Shown here in pieces: positions 9,936 to 19,903 of a stretch of DNA of 64,000 nucleotides. Source of the DNA: an uncultured Gemmatimonadales bacterium (GTDB taxonomy: Bacteria > Gemmatimonadota > Gemmatimonadetes > Longimicrobiales > RSA9); NCBI GenBank assembly GCA_963708135.1, contig OY970192.1:1984001-2048000 (forward strand). Reading direction: 5' to 3'. The notes beneath the pieces were generated by a model. That model was not told where the DNA came from. It saw only the letters and a list, made by a program, of their open reading frames with translations, and made no database searches. Position 1 is the first letter of the stretch. Each line of letters starts with the position of its first letter. The position numbers and the translations under genes are program-made.

Positions 9936-11144
9936 CTATGGAGCTGGTTCGCTCAGGCCAGCGACCTCGGCCACATCCTTGTCCCCGCGTCCACTGAGGC
10001 AGAGGATCACCGGGCCGGCACCCGCCCACCGGCTGCCCTCGCGCAGCAAGTACGCGACCGCGTGCGCGCTCTCGAGCGCCGGGATGATCCCCTCCAGACG
10101 CGCCAGCCGCTCGAAGGCCGCCAGCGCTTCCGCGTCCGTCACGCTCTCGTAGCGCGCGCGGCCGATCGCCTTCAGGTGCGCGTGCTCCGGGCCCACGCCC
10201 GGATAGTCCAGCCCCGCCGAAACGGAATGCGCCGGAGCCACCTGCCCGTCCGCATCCTGGAGCAGATAGCTGTAGGAGCCGTGCAGGACCCCGGGGCGGC
10301 CCGCGCCCAGGGAGGCCGCGTGGCGCCCCGTCTCGAGACCGGCGCCCGCCGCTTCGATGCCGACCAGCTCGACGGCCGTTTCGGGTATGAACTCGTGGAA
10401 GATGCCCATGGCATTGGAGCCGCCGCCGACGCAGGCCAGCACGAGCGCGGGGAGCCCTCCGACCTTCTCCTGCAGCTGCTGACGAGCCTCGCGACCGATG
10501 ACCGCCTGAAAGTCGCGAACGAGCCGGGGATAGGGGTCCGGACCAACGACCGATCCGATAATATAGTGCGTGTTTTCCACATTCGCCACCCAGTCCCGCA
10601 TGGCCTCGTTGGTGGCGTCCTTCAGTGTACGCGTGCCCGACTCGACGGACCGGACCTGCGCCCCCAGCAGCCGCATCCGGTAAACGTTGAGCGCCTGCCG
10701 GCGCGCGTCCTCCGCGCCCATGTAGACCACGCACTCCAGGCCGAAGAGGGCGCTGACCGTGGCCGTCGCCACGCCGTGCTGGCCGGCCCCGGTCTCCGCG
10801 ATGATGCGGGTCTTGCCCATGCGGCGTGCCAGCAGCACCTGCCCCAGCGTGTTGTTGATCTTGTGCGCGCCCGTGTGATTCAGGTCCTCGCGCTTCAGCC
10901 AGACGTCCGCCCCGCCCGCCGCCTCGCCCAGCCGGCGGGCGCGGTAGAGCGGCGTGGGCCGGCCGACGTAGTTCCTCAGGAGATCGTCGAGCTCGGCCCA
11001 GAAGCCCTCCTCGCCCGCCGCCGCCGCGTACGCATCGCGGAGCTCCTCGAGCGCCGCGACCAGCGTCTCCGGGACGTAGCTCCCGCCGAACTCGCCGAAG
11101 CGGCCGCCGGCCGCCCGCTCCCGCTCACCCGCCGCAGGCCCCAT
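9936..11144 (-). CDS. trpB: Tryptophan synthase beta chain
   Basis: [43 protein letters not shown]. Confidence 0.98.
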   Translation of the reverse strand: MGPAAGERERAAGGRFGEFGGSYVPETLVAALEELRDAYAAAAGEEGFWAELDDLLRNYVGRPTPLYRARRLGEAAGGADVWLKREDLNHTGAHKINNTLGQVLLARRMGKTRIIAETGAGQHGVATATVSALFGLECVVYMGAEDARRQALNVYRMRLLGAQVRSVESGTRTLKDATNEAMRDWVANVENTHYIIGSVVGPDPYPRLVRDFQAVIGREARQQLQEKVGGLPALVLACVGGGSNAMGIFHEFIPETAVELVGIEAAGAGLETGRHAASLGAGRPGVLHGSYSYLLQDADGQVAPAHSVSAGLDYPGVGPEHAHLKAIGRARYESVTDAEALAAFERLARLEGIIPALESAHAVAYLLREGSRWAGAGPVILCLSGRGDKDVAEVAGLSEPAP

Positions 11145-11827
11145 CACGACTCCCCGCCAGGGTCCATTGCCACCGACCGCGCCTCCGCGCCGGCCGAACG
11201 CGCCGCCGCCTCGATGAAGGCGACGATCGCCCCCGCCGACTTCTCGCCCACGCGCACCTCCACGCCCGAGCTGACGTCCACCACGTCCGGCCGCAGCAGC
11301 GCCACCGCGCGGCCGACGTTCACGGCGTCCAGCCCTCCGGCGACGATCAGCCTCACGCCCTCGGGCACCCGCGCGCGCAACGAGGCCACCATCTCCCAGG
11401 AGAAGCGCGTGGCCGTGCCGCCCGCCGCGCGCGCGCTCCAGCCGTCGAGCAGCAGCCCGTCCACCACGTCGCCGTAGGCCTCGATGCCCGCCAGGAACTC
11501 CTCGCGCGTGCGCGGACGCAGCGCCTTCCATACCGCGAAGCCGCGCCCCCTCATCCGGTACACCAGCGAGGGCGACTCGCCGCCGTGGAGCTGGAGCACG
11601 TCCAGCCGCAGCCGCTCGGCCACGCGCAGGAGTCCGTCCCGACGCTCGTCCACGAATACGCCCACCCGGCGCACGCCGTCCGCGGCGGCGTAGATCGCCT
11701 CCGCCTCCTCCACGCTCCGGCTCCGGCGGCCGCCCGGCGCCAGCACGACGCCGGCGTAGCGCGCCCCCGCGGCCGCGGCCGCGCGGCCGTCGGCCGGCCG
11801 GCAGAGCCCGCAGATCTTCACGTCCAC
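11144..11827 (-). CDS. trpF: Phosphoribosylanthranilate isomerase
   Basis: VKICGL, LQLHG, AGGL, DVSSGVE; GTG start at 11827. Confidence 0.93.
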   Translation of the reverse strand: MDVKICGLCRPADGRAAAAAGARYAGVVLAPGGRRSRSVEEAEAIYAAADGVRRVGVFVDERRDGLLRVAERLRLDVLQLHGGESPSLVYRMRGRGFAVWKALRPRTREEFLAGIEAYGDVVDGLLLDGWSARAAGGTATRFSWEMVASLRARVPEGVRLIVAGGLDAVNVGRAVALLRPDVVDVSSGVEVRVGEKSAGAIVAFIEAAARSAGAEARSVAMDPGGES

Positions 11828-12660
11828 GAGACGGTCCCCTGCCCCGGCGCCGGGCCGTTCCGGCGCGCCTCTCGCGCGCGCGCCCGCCCCACCAGCGCCG
11901 CGGCCGCCGCGCGCACGTCCGGCGCGCGCATGAGTGACTCCCCGACCAGCACCGCGTCCACCCCTGCCGCCGCCAGCCGGTTGACGTCCGAGGCGTCGCG
12001 GATCCCGCTCTCCGCCACCATCACCCGGTCCGGAGGCACACGGGCCGCGAGCGAGACCGCGCGCGAGAGGTCGGTGCGGAACGTCGCCAGATCGCGGCTG
12101 TTCACGCCCACCACCGCCGCGCCCACCGCGAGCGCACGCTCCAGCTCGGCCGCCTCGTGCACCTCGACGAGCACCGCCATCCCGAGCTCCCGCGCCAGCG
12201 CGTGGAGCTCCGCCAGCCGCGCATCGTCCAGCAGGCGCACGATCAGGAGCACTGCGTCCGCGCTCACCGCCCGCGCCTCCCACACCTGCACCGGATCCAG
12301 GATGAAGTCCTTGCGGAGCACCGGCAGCGCCGCCGCGCGGCGCGCCGCCCGCAGATCCTCCAGCCCGCCGCCGAACCACTCCGCGTCCGTCAGCACGCTG
12401 AGCGCCGCCGCCCCCGCCGCCGCGTACGAGGCGGCCAGCTCCTCCACCCCGGCGTCCGGCCGGATCCACCCCGCCGAGGGCGAGCGCCGCTTGATCTCCG
12501 CCAGCAGCGCCACGGACGCACCGCCGCCGAGCGCCGCCTCGAAGGCACGCGGCGCCTCCGCCGACTCCGCAGCCGCGCGCAGCTCGGCCCGCCGCGGCAG
12601 CAGCCGCTCGATTTCCGCGCGCTTGGACTCTACGATACGACCCAGGATGTTCGACGACAC
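11818..12660 (-). CDS. trpC: Indole-3-glycerol phosphate synthase
   Basis: [34 protein letters not shown]. Confidence 0.96.
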   Translation of the reverse strand: MSSNILGRIVESKRAEIERLLPRRAELRAAAESAEAPRAFEAALGGGASVALLAEIKRRSPSAGWIRPDAGVEELAASYAAAGAAALSVLTDAEWFGGGLEDLRAARRAAALPVLRKDFILDPVQVWEARAVSADAVLLIVRLLDDARLAELHALARELGMAVLVEVHEAAELERALAVGAAVVGVNSRDLATFRTDLSRAVSLAARVPPDRVMVAESGIRDASDVNRLAAAGVDAVLVGESLMRAPDVRAAAAALVGRARAREARRNGPAPGQGTVSWT

Positions 12661-12667
12661 GCTTGCG

Positions 12668-12716
12668 CTTCGGTTTGGCTTCGGGTAAGTTGGGTTCGGC
12701 GAATGTTCGGGCGTTC
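12668..12716. promoter_or_regulatory. Candidate LexA operator(s): GTTC-N7-GTTC (12694-12708) and CTTC-N7-CTTC (12668-12682)
   Basis: TTCGG direct repeats at 11 bp spacing in the divergent trpC/lexA intergenic region. Confidence 0.55.
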
Positions 12717-12754
12717 CGGCCGCCCCGGGATGCGGCCCGGCGCAGGTCCGACTC

Positions 12755-12834
12755 CCGATCCTGAAACGCGAATCCTGGATTCCATGATCCCGGATCCTCG
12801 ACCCTGACCCCTGATCCCTGGCTCCTGATCCCCC
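12755..12834. repeat. Degenerate heptanucleotide tandem repeat (GATCCCT-like)
   Basis: ...cgaccct gacccct gatccct ggctcct gatcccc immediately before the lexA ATG. Confidence 0.7.
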
Positions 12835-12837
12835 ATC

Positions 12838-13449
12838 ATGGCCCTGACCAAGAAGCAGAAGCAGATCCTGGACTATCTCCAGGAGTTCCTGGCGGAGAAC
12901 GGCTACTCGCCGAGCTTCGAGGAGATCGCGGAGCGCTTCGGCTACTCCTCGCTCGCCACGGTGCACGAGCACCTGGAGAATCTGCGAGGCAAGGGCTACA
13001 TCCGAAAGAGCTACAACGCGAGCCGCTCGATCGAGCTGGTGCCGACAGGGATGCGGGTGGCGGCCGTGGAGCTGCCGCTGCTCGGGAAGGTGGCGGCCGG
13101 CATGCCGATCGAGGCGATCGAGGAGCAGGAGACGATCGCGGTGCCCGAGGACTTCCTCGGCCGCGGCGGTGAGAACTACGTGCTGCGGGTGGCGGGGGAC
13201 TCGATGATCGAGGAGCAGATCCGCGATGGCGACTACATCATCGTGAACTCACGCAGCACGGCGAACAACGGGGAGATGGTCGTGGCGCTGGTCGGCGGGG
13301 AGGCCGCCACGGTGAAGAAGTTCTACCGCGAGCCGGACGGCCGCATCCGGCTGCAGCCGGCCAACATGGCCATGTCACCGCAGTACTACCGCCCGCACCA
13401 GGTGCGCGTCCAGGGCATCGTCATCGGCGTGATCCGGAGGTACGCATGA
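12838..13449 (+). CDS. lexA: SOS repressor LexA
   Basis: wHTH LTKKQ..GYSPSFEEIA, cleavage site VAAG, catalytic GDSM and TVKK. Confidence 0.97.
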   Translation: MALTKKQKQILDYLQEFLAENGYSPSFEEIAERFGYSSLATVHEHLENLRGKGYIRKSYNASRSIELVPTGMRVAAVELPLLGKVAAGMPIEAIEEQETIAVPEDFLGRGGENYVLRVAGDSMIEEQIRDGDYIIVNSRSTANNGEMVVALVGGEAATVKKFYREPDGRIRLQPANMAMSPQYYRPHQVRVQGIVIGVIRRYA

Positions 13450-13574
13450 TCAAGAAGCCGTTCCTCATCGGCCGCGGCACGCGCCGCAACCTCACCGTGC
13501 TCGTGCTGCGCTGCGCGCCCGCCTCCCCGATCCACGGCCCGTGGACGCTCAAGGCGGTGGTGTCGGCGAACTGA
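13446..13574 (+). CDS. Putative 42-aa small protein translationally coupled to lexA
   Basis: ATGA overlap with the lexA stop; GC-rich third positions; second copy differs by synonymous changes in TLKAVVSAN. Confidence 0.55.
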   Translation: MIKKPFLIGRGTRRNLTVLVLRCAPASPIHGPWTLKAVVSAN

Positions 13575-13774
13575 GGCGGCCGGCGCGCTGGCGGGAGTAG
13601 TGCCTGACTTCTGGCGCCGGTCGGCGGACGCGCACCTCTTCCCGGCCACCTGGCGCGGGGACGGGCGCGAGGTCAGGCGGCTGATCGCGCGCTCAGCCGT
13701 CCTCCCGCCACGCGAGTGCTCCGTGCGGCGACGGCGTCACCGTCAGCACAAGCACGCTCGAGCTGGCCCGCCCG
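13535..13774 (+). repeat. Direct repeat copy 1 (about 240 bp)
   Basis: Aligns without gaps to 14413-14652 (offset 878), about 17 mismatches by eye. Confidence 0.95.
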
Positions 13775-13826
13775 CCGCGCGAGCGGGTATCTTCAAGGGG
13801 TCAACGTCCCCCGCAAAGGATCACCG

Positions 13827-14057
13827 ATGTCGAGCGATGAACTGGAAGCCGTGGCCTTGAGCTTGCCCGTGGAGCAGAGAGCGCGCCTGGCCCATAAGCT
13901 GATCGCGAGTATTGACGATGAGCCGGCCGGCCAGATCGAAGAGGCATGGATCCAGGAGGTTGATCGGCGCGCCGAAGAGGTGCTGAATCGCGAGGTCGAG
14001 ACTGTGCCGGGCGATGAGGTGTTCCGCAAAGCGTTTGCGAAGCGGCCAAGGAAGTGA
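13827..14057 (+). CDS. Addiction-module antitoxin
   Basis: MSSDELEAVALSLPVEQRARLAHKLIAS...EAWIQEVDRR; AAAGGA RBS; GTGA overlap with the toxin. Confidence 0.88.
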   Translation: MSSDELEAVALSLPVEQRARLAHKLIASIDDEPAGQIEEAWIQEVDRRAEEVLNREVETVPGDEVFRKAFAKRPRK

Positions 14058-14347
14058 AGCCTCCTCCGTTTCACTCCGAAGCGGAAGAAGAGATGAACGC
14101 CGAAGCCGATTATTACGACAGCAAGGCCGAGGGCCTGGGCTGGGATTTCTTGGTGGAAGTCCGCAGCGTGGCTATGGATGCCGCCAGGAACCCGGGCCGC
14201 GGGAGCCCGTACAGCCGGCACACGCGGCGGCGACCCCTCCGCCGATTTCCTCATTGGCTGGTCTATATCCCATCGCTACAAGGGATTACCATCGTTGCAG
14301 TCGCGCATCCCAGTCGCAAGCCCGGTTACTGGACGGATCGGCTCTGA
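14054..14347 (+). CDS. RelE/ParE-family toxin
   Basis: FHSEAEEE..YY..GLG..F, RRFPH, IVAVAHPSRKPGYW. Confidence 0.9.
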   Translation: MKPPPFHSEAEEEMNAEADYYDSKAEGLGWDFLVEVRSVAMDAARNPGRGSPYSRHTRRRPLRRFPHWLVYIPSLQGITIVAVAHPSRKPGYWTDRL

Positions 14348-14412
14348 CGAAAGCCGTGGCAGGCAGCGCCCGGGCGGCGAGAGCTGAAGGGTACTGGCGC
14401 TATGCTGCTCGC

Positions 14413-14652
14413 CGGCCCGCGGACGCTGAAGGCGGTGGTGTCGGCCAACTGAGGCGGCCGGCGCGCTGGCGGGACTAAGGCCTGACTCCTGGCGCCGGTC
14501 GGCGGACGCGCACCGCTGCCTGGCCACCTGGCGCGGGGACGGGCGCGAGGCCAGGCGGCTGATCGCGCGCTCAGCCGTCTTCCCGCCCCGCGAGTGCTCC
14601 GTGCGGCGACGGCGTCACCGTCAGCACCAGAACGGTCGAGCTGGCCAGCCCG
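14413..14652 (+). repeat. Direct repeat copy 2 (about 240 bp)
   Basis: Partner of 13535-13774. Confidence 0.95.
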
Positions 14653-14698
14653 TGAGTTTGGGGTGAAAGCTGCACGGATGAGGCTCGCGACGCGGGCC

Positions 14699-14833
14699 TG
14701 CAGCCCTGACCGGAATAATCGTGGTCAGGGCTGCACGCATCAGCGCGTCCATCCAGCCGTGCTGTCCTGAGCCGAATCATTCTGGTCAGAGCGGCGGGCC
14801 CGAGCTGGGAAGCGCATGCGTGCAGCCCTGACC
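14699..14833. repeat. REP-like inverted repeat cluster
   Basis: TGCAGCCCTGACC (14699-14711) and GGTCAGGGCTGCA (14723-14735) form a perfect 13 bp stem; 14816-14833 is the 18 bp reverse complement of 14723-14740. Confidence 0.75.
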
Positions 14834-14935
14834 CCAACGCGGACAGGTCGAGCGCGCCACTCCGCCCGCGGCGCCACTGTGGGATCCGCGCGTGTCGCCC
14901 GTCCAGCGCATCACCGTCGCCGCGTGAGCGGCCGT

Positions 14936-15031
14936 TTGCCGCATCCGTCGGAGACCATCGGCCCCGGGCTATTGAACAAGATCCTGCGCGATACCGGGTT
15001 CTCTCGGGACCGGCTCATCAGCGTGTTGTGG
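14936..15031 (+). pseudogene. HicA-family toxin C-terminal remnant
   Basis: LPHPSETIGPGLLNKILRDTGFSRDRLISVL resembles HicA C-terminal helices; no intact N-terminus. Confidence 0.6.
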
Positions 15032-18000
15032 CTTCGCGGCCGCACGCCGCGGTGCGAGGAGGCAGTACAGCGCCGGCGTGACCGTGAGCACCAGCACGGT
15101 CGAGCTGGCCAGCCCGCCGATCAGCGCATAGCCCAGCGCGTTCCAGATGTTGGCATCGGCGTTGCCGCCCGACAGCACGAGGGGCAGCAGGCCGAAGATC
15201 GTCGTCGCCGTGGTCATGAGGATCGGCCGCGCGCGGTCGAGCGTGCCCTGCACCACCGCATCGCCCACGCGTACGCCGTCCTCGCGCACCAGGTGATTGA
15301 CGTGGTCCACGAGCAGGATCGCGTTGTTCACCACGATGCCTCCCATCATCACGACGCCCACCACCGCCTCGCGGGTGAAGCTCGCGCCGGTCAGGTAGAA
15401 GGTCAGGAAGACGCCGATGAGCGCCATCGGCACGGTCAGAAGCACCACGAACGGCTGGCGCAGCGACTCGAAGAGCGCGGCGGTCACCATGAAGACGAGC
15501 AGCAGCGAGACGAGCAGGACCCCGTACATCTGCCCCTGCTCCTGGTCGGACCACTGCCACGCCTGCCGGCCCGAGACGCTGTAGCCGGGCGGCAGGAGCG
15601 TGGTGGCGAGGACCGCGTCCTCGACCCGGTCGCCCAGCTTGGTCGGCCCCCGGAACTCGTAGCTCACGGTCCGCTCGTACTGCTGGTCCTCGCGCCGGAT
15701 GCTCGTCTGGATCGGCTGCTCATCGAGGGAGGCGACGTCCCCGAGGCGCACCGCCGGGCGGGGCGCACCCGCGCCGTCCGCGCCGCCCCCGCTGCCCGCC
15801 GCGCCGGCTCGGTCCGCCAGCCCGCCCGCGGCACCGCGGGTGGGTGGCTCCGCCGGCGCACGGTCGGTCGCACGCGGTCCGGAGGGGTTCGCCGCCTCTC
15901 GCCCGCCGACCGTGAGCAGCACGTCCATCAGGGTCTGCGTGTCCAGCGTCCGGGCACCGGCGCGCTTGACCGCGAGCCGGAGCTCGCGGCCGCCGACCTG
16001 AACGACGCCGCCGCCGGCGTCGCCTTCCGTGGCGGCGGCAACCTGCCGCACGACGTCGCGCGCCGTGAGCCCGTGCGTGGCGAGGCGGGGGCGGTCGAGC
16101 CGGAGCACCAGCTCGCTCGCGCGGTCGCTCTCGTACCACGCCCCGGCGGCGTTCGTGTCCACGTCGCCGATGCGCGTGAAGCGCTCGAGGCGCCGGCCCA
16201 GCGCCTCGGCGATCTCCCTGGTCTCGTCGAAGTTGTAGCCGCGCACCTGGATCGAGTACATCGGGGGGCTGCCGCCGCCGCCGTAGAAGGTCGGGCCGAA
16301 GCCGTAGACGTGCACCGTCGCGCCACCGAAGCGGTAGCTCTCGGCCACCAGCCGGTCCTTCAGCGCGAGCGGCACGGCCGTGTTCTCGAGCGAATCGGGG
16401 AACGTGACCCGGATGTCCGCGTAGCGGGCGCCGACGCGGGTGACGAACCGGGCGACCTGCGGCGCCCGCTCGAGCTCCGCCTCGAACCACCGTGCCAGCG
16501 CGTCCGTGTGCGCCAGCTCCTCGCCGCGCGGCATGAGGATCTGGATGTCGAGGTAGGTGCGCTCGCCTCCCCAGCTCCGCCACACCACGCCGCGCGTCAC
16601 GTCCTTCTGGAAGAGCCGGCCCGAGCCGGCGAGCAGCGCGAGCGCCAGCGTGATCGGTACCCAGGGCCTGCGCACCCCGAAACGAAGCGAGGCGACGTAG
16701 CCGCCGCGCAGCGCCCGGAGCGCTCGGCCACCGGCGCGGCGCAGAGCGCCGGGAGTGAGCGGGGCGGAGGCGTCGCCTGGCAAGGAATGCGAAGGGAGCG
16801 GGCCATCCCCGGGAACGCTTCCGGCCGGGCGCGGCTGCCCGAAGCGGCGCAGCAGCCGCGCGGCCATGGCGGGAATGAAGCTGAACGCCACCGCCGCGCT
16901 AGCCGCGAGGCTCAGCCCGACCACCGCGGCGAGGGGCACGTAGTAGGCGCGCAGGTCGCCCTGGAGATAGACGAAGGGGACGAGCACCACGACGGTCGTG
17001 AGCGTCGACGCCAGCACGGCCAGGACGACCTCCCGGCTGCCGCGCTCGGCGGCCGCCTCCGCCGCTTCGCCCAGCGATCTCCGCCGGTAGACGTTCTCGA
17101 GCACCACGATCGCGTTGTCGACCACCAGCCCGAAGCCCATGGCCAGCCCCATGAGCGTGAGCACGTTCAGGCTGAGGCCGCCGAGGTAGACCAGGTTGAG
17201 CGTGAGCAACGCCGAGAAGCCGATCGTCGCGAACGCGATTGCCGCCGACCGGAACGAGCGCAGGAAGGCGAGCAGCACCAGAAAGACCGCGAGCGCCGAA
17301 ACGAGGGCGCGCGTGCGCAGGTCGGTGAGCTGCGTGCGGATCGCCGCGCTCTCGTCCTGATCGAGGAGCAGCCGCGTGCCGGGCGGCAGCCCGCCGTGCG
17401 TCGCCGCGAGCCGTGCCTTCACGCGGTCCGCCACCGCGACCGCGTTGGTCCCCGGCTCGCGGTGTACCTCGAAGCTCACGGCCGGGAAGCCGTCGATCCG
17501 GTAATAGCTGTCCGCGTCCTCGTAGGTCTCGTGCACGCGGGCCAGGTCGCCGAGGCGGATCGCTACGCCGCCCCGCTCGACGAGCGGCGCGCGCAGCAGC
17601 GCCGGGACCGAGGCGACGCGGTCGCGCAACGTCACCGTGCGCACGCGGCCGCCCTCGTCCACCGCACCCGCCTCCCGCACCAGGTTGAGCCCGCGGACGC
17701 GGCGGGCGACCTCGTCCGGATCGAGCCCGAGCGCCTGCGCACGGCCCGGATCCAGCTCGATCTCGAGCAGGCGACGCCGGCCGCCGCGGACCTCGATCGC
17801 GCCGGCGCCCTCCACCTGCCTGAGCGCCGGCACGATCCTGTCCTCCGCATACGCGCGCAGCGCCTCCGGCGTGTACGGCCCCGTCACCGTGTAGACCAGG
17901 AACGGTTTGGCCTGCGCGCGCAGTGCCTCGGGGACGTACGGCTGGATGCGCGGCGGCGAGGCGCCCGCCGGCAGCTCGCGCGCGAGCGCCGCCAGCCGCT

Positions 18001-18334
18001 CGGAGAGCGCCAGGCGCGCGAACTTCATGTCCGTCCCGCGCGCGAACTGCACCTCGATCTGCGCCCGGCCGACGCCCGCCGGCGCGTCCGACACCGACGT
18101 GACCTTCGCCACGCCGCGCACCTCGTGGACGGCGGACTCGATCGGCGAGGTGACGAGCGCCTCCGTCGTGCGCGCGGAGGCGCCCGGCCAGAGGGCGGTC
18201 ACCGAAAGCTGCGGCAGCTCGGTATCCGGCAGCAGCTCGAGCGGGATGTTCCGCCACGCGGCGGCGCCGAGCACGCAGACGGCCAGGTAGGCCATCGCGA
18301 CCGTGACGGGGCGGCGGATCGAGAAGCGGATCAT
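14969..18334 (-). CDS. RND (AcrB/AcrD/AcrF family) efflux permease 2
   Basis: MIRFSIRRPV, GLVVDNAIVVLEN, GIVVNNAILLVD, RARPILMTT. Confidence 0.95.
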   Translation of the reverse strand: MIRFSIRRPVTVAMAYLAVCVLGAAAWRNIPLELLPDTELPQLSVTALWPGASARTTEALVTSPIESAVHEVRGVAKVTSVSDAPAGVGRAQIEVQFARGTDMKFARLALSERLAALARELPAGASPPRIQPYVPEALRAQAKPFLVYTVTGPYTPEALRAYAEDRIVPALRQVEGAGAIEVRGGRRRLLEIELDPGRAQALGLDPDEVARRVRGLNLVREAGAVDEGGRVRTVTLRDRVASVPALLRAPLVERGGVAIRLGDLARVHETYEDADSYYRIDGFPAVSFEVHREPGTNAVAVADRVKARLAATHGGLPPGTRLLLDQDESAAIRTQLTDLRTRALVSALAVFLVLLAFLRSFRSAAIAFATIGFSALLTLNLVYLGGLSLNVLTLMGLAMGFGLVVDNAIVVLENVYRRRSLGEAAEAAAERGSREVVLAVLASTLTTVVVLVPFVYLQGDLRAYYVPLAAVVGLSLAASAAVAFSFIPAMAARLLRRFGQPRPAGSVPGDGPLPSHSLPGDASAPLTPGALRRAGGRALRALRGGYVASLRFGVRRPWVPITLALALLAGSGRLFQKDVTRGVVWRSWGGERTYLDIQILMPRGEELAHTDALARWFEAELERAPQVARFVTRVGARYADIRVTFPDSLENTAVPLALKDRLVAESYRFGGATVHVYGFGPTFYGGGGSPPMYSIQVRGYNFDETREIAEALGRRLERFTRIGDVDTNAAGAWYESDRASELVLRLDRPRLATHGLTARDVVRQVAAATEGDAGGGVVQVGGRELRLAVKRAGARTLDTQTLMDVLLTVGGREAANPSGPRATDRAPAEPPTRGAAGGLADRAGAAGSGGGADGAGAPRPAVRLGDVASLDEQPIQTSIRREDQQYERTVSYEFRGPTKLGDRVEDAVLATTLLPPGYSVSGRQAWQWSDQEQGQMYGVLLVSLLLVFMVTAALFESLRQPFVVLLTVPMALIGVFLTFYLTGASFTREAVVGVVMMGGIVVNNAILLVDHVNHLVREDGVRVGDAVVQGTLDRARPILMTTATTIFGLLPLVLSGGNADANIWNALGYALIGGLASSTVLVLTVTPALYCLLAPRRAAAKPQHADEPVPREPGIAQDLVQ

Positions 18335-18416
18335 GGGGCCAAGTGAGCCCCGGCGTACAAAGGTGCTATGGGTGCCGTCGGCCACGGCATCGCGCGGAGC
18401 ACCGAGTGGGCGTCGA

Positions 18417-19679
18417 TTAGCGCGGCCATTCCAGGCGGTAACGGCTGATCCGCTCGACGTCGAGGCTGTCGAAGGTGACCGCCCAGAGCGTGTCTCCCCG
18501 GATCACGACAGGCTGTTCGGTCGGGTACCCCGAGTAGCGGACTCCCTTCGGGAGCGCGACGCGTCCGAGCCAGCGGCCGTCGTGGGCAAAGACGTCGAAG
18601 GCGCCCTTCGAGGCAAGGTCCCAGGTGTGCTTCACGCCCGTGCGCGCCGCGACCTGGGGAGGCACCGTCGAAAGCACGCTTGGCTGGTTCGGCCAGACCC
18701 AGACGCGCCCGTCACCGGGGAATATGATTCGCGCGTAGGCCGGCCGCTCCTCGGGGAGATCGACCGGCACCTGGATCACCTTCTGTTCCAGGAACCGACG
18801 CTCAGCGCTCGAGGCGTGCACGGGAGTCCAGGCTCGACTGATCCTCAGGACACCCGGTGCCCAGCCCGATACGTCGAAGCTGTAGGTCCGCGGGCAACCG
18901 ACTGCCACGGCTCCCCTGGGGCTCATCGCCCACGTGACCTTGGGGACATAGGGCGCCCGTTGGTCCGGGTAGAACCCGACGCGCGCTCCGATCGTGTCGA
19001 GGGTCGGGCAGCCTACCTGAAAACGCGACTCAGCCCAGACGGTGTCCTCCAGCGCGCCGCTGGAATCGATGCGCGCGTAGATCGGCCGTGGAAACGTGAC
19101 CCGCAGATCGTCGTCCAGCGGGGGGACGAGTCCGACCCAGAGGGAACCGTCGCCATGGAAGGCGATGGTGGTCTCGCTGTAGGACAGCGGCATGCCTGCC
19201 GGCCTTGCGAAGCTGGTCACCCGACCCTGAGGATGGAAGATCTTCACCCGACTGTTGCCCAGGTCGTAGGCCGCCACGGATCCGTCCCGGCCGACCGACA
19301 TCCCGACGACGCCGTACACCTCCGCCGGACCCTGACCCAGGCGGGCGACAAGGCCTCCGTAGGTCCCATCGGCCCGGAAGCGCTGGATTCCCTCTTTCGG
19401 CTGGTACGTGTACACATCGCCGTTCGGACCCACGGCGAACGCGAGCACCTTGTAGAGGCTCGTCTCCGGCTCCCCTTCCACGGAGCCGTAGCTCCGGACG
19501 AGCTCGAGGCGCACCGTGCCCTCCGCCGCGGGACGGAGGTTGTGCACGGTGAGCGTGTCGCCGGCCCGGCGTCGCTCCACGCCGGATGAATTCGACCGTT
19601 CCGTACTCGAGCACGCGCCCGGCAGGCCGGCGCACATGAGGAAGACAACCAGGCCGCGGCCGACCCTGCGGCCCTTCAC
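18417..19679 (-). CDS. Beta-propeller (NHL/6-bladed-like) lipoprotein A
   Basis: Signal peptide with PGA-C lipobox-like site; GQGPAEV, FDVF..DGRWLGRV.LP, C-terminal DSLDVERI.RYRL. Confidence 0.8.
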   Translation of the reverse strand: MKGRRVGRGLVVFLMCAGLPGACSSTERSNSSGVERRRAGDTLTVHNLRPAAEGTVRLELVRSYGSVEGEPETSLYKVLAFAVGPNGDVYTYQPKEGIQRFRADGTYGGLVARLGQGPAEVYGVVGMSVGRDGSVAAYDLGNSRVKIFHPQGRVTSFARPAGMPLSYSETTIAFHGDGSLWVGLVPPLDDDLRVTFPRPIYARIDSSGALEDTVWAESRFQVGCPTLDTIGARVGFYPDQRAPYVPKVTWAMSPRGAVAVGCPRTYSFDVSGWAPGVLRISRAWTPVHASSAERRFLEQKVIQVPVDLPEERPAYARIIFPGDGRVWVWPNQPSVLSTVPPQVAARTGVKHTWDLASKGAFDVFAHDGRWLGRVALPKGVRYSGYPTEQPVVIRGDTLWAVTFDSLDVERISRYRLEWPR

Positions 19680-19780
19680 GCCGGGTCCTCGGAGCTACGC
19701 TTCCTCCGCCCGCGCCGGCCGACGGCCCTCTCGCCCGCCGCCTCCGAGATTGCGCGGCCGTGTGACCACCCACCCGACGG

Positions 19781-19840
19781 GCACGCGGCCAGGTACACCA
19801 TCGGCGCGGCAACGGGGCGGCGGATCGACAAGCGGATCAT
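19781..19840 (-). pseudogene. Diverged copy of the RND2 5' end
   Basis: MIRLSIRRPVAAPMVYLAAC versus MIRFSIRRPVTVAMAYLAVC at 18275-18334. Confidence 0.85.
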
Positions 19841-19903
19841 GACTTCGAAGGAGTCTGGTCCGGCGCCCGCGACAGAAGCACAGTTTTCCACGGGGCCATC
19901 CCA

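Noticed and set aside
12661..12837. trp attenuator or leader peptide
   Set aside because: No Trp-rich leader ORF or terminator-antiterminator structure seen
13535..15031. Integron cassette array
   Set aside because: No integrase and no recognisable attC structure; the repeats derive from coding sequence
14816..18346. 1176-aa plus-strand ORF and similar long antisense ORFs (25898-29608, 56423-59944, 48818-51442)
   Set aside because: Shadow frames of high-GC genes with no recognisable motifs
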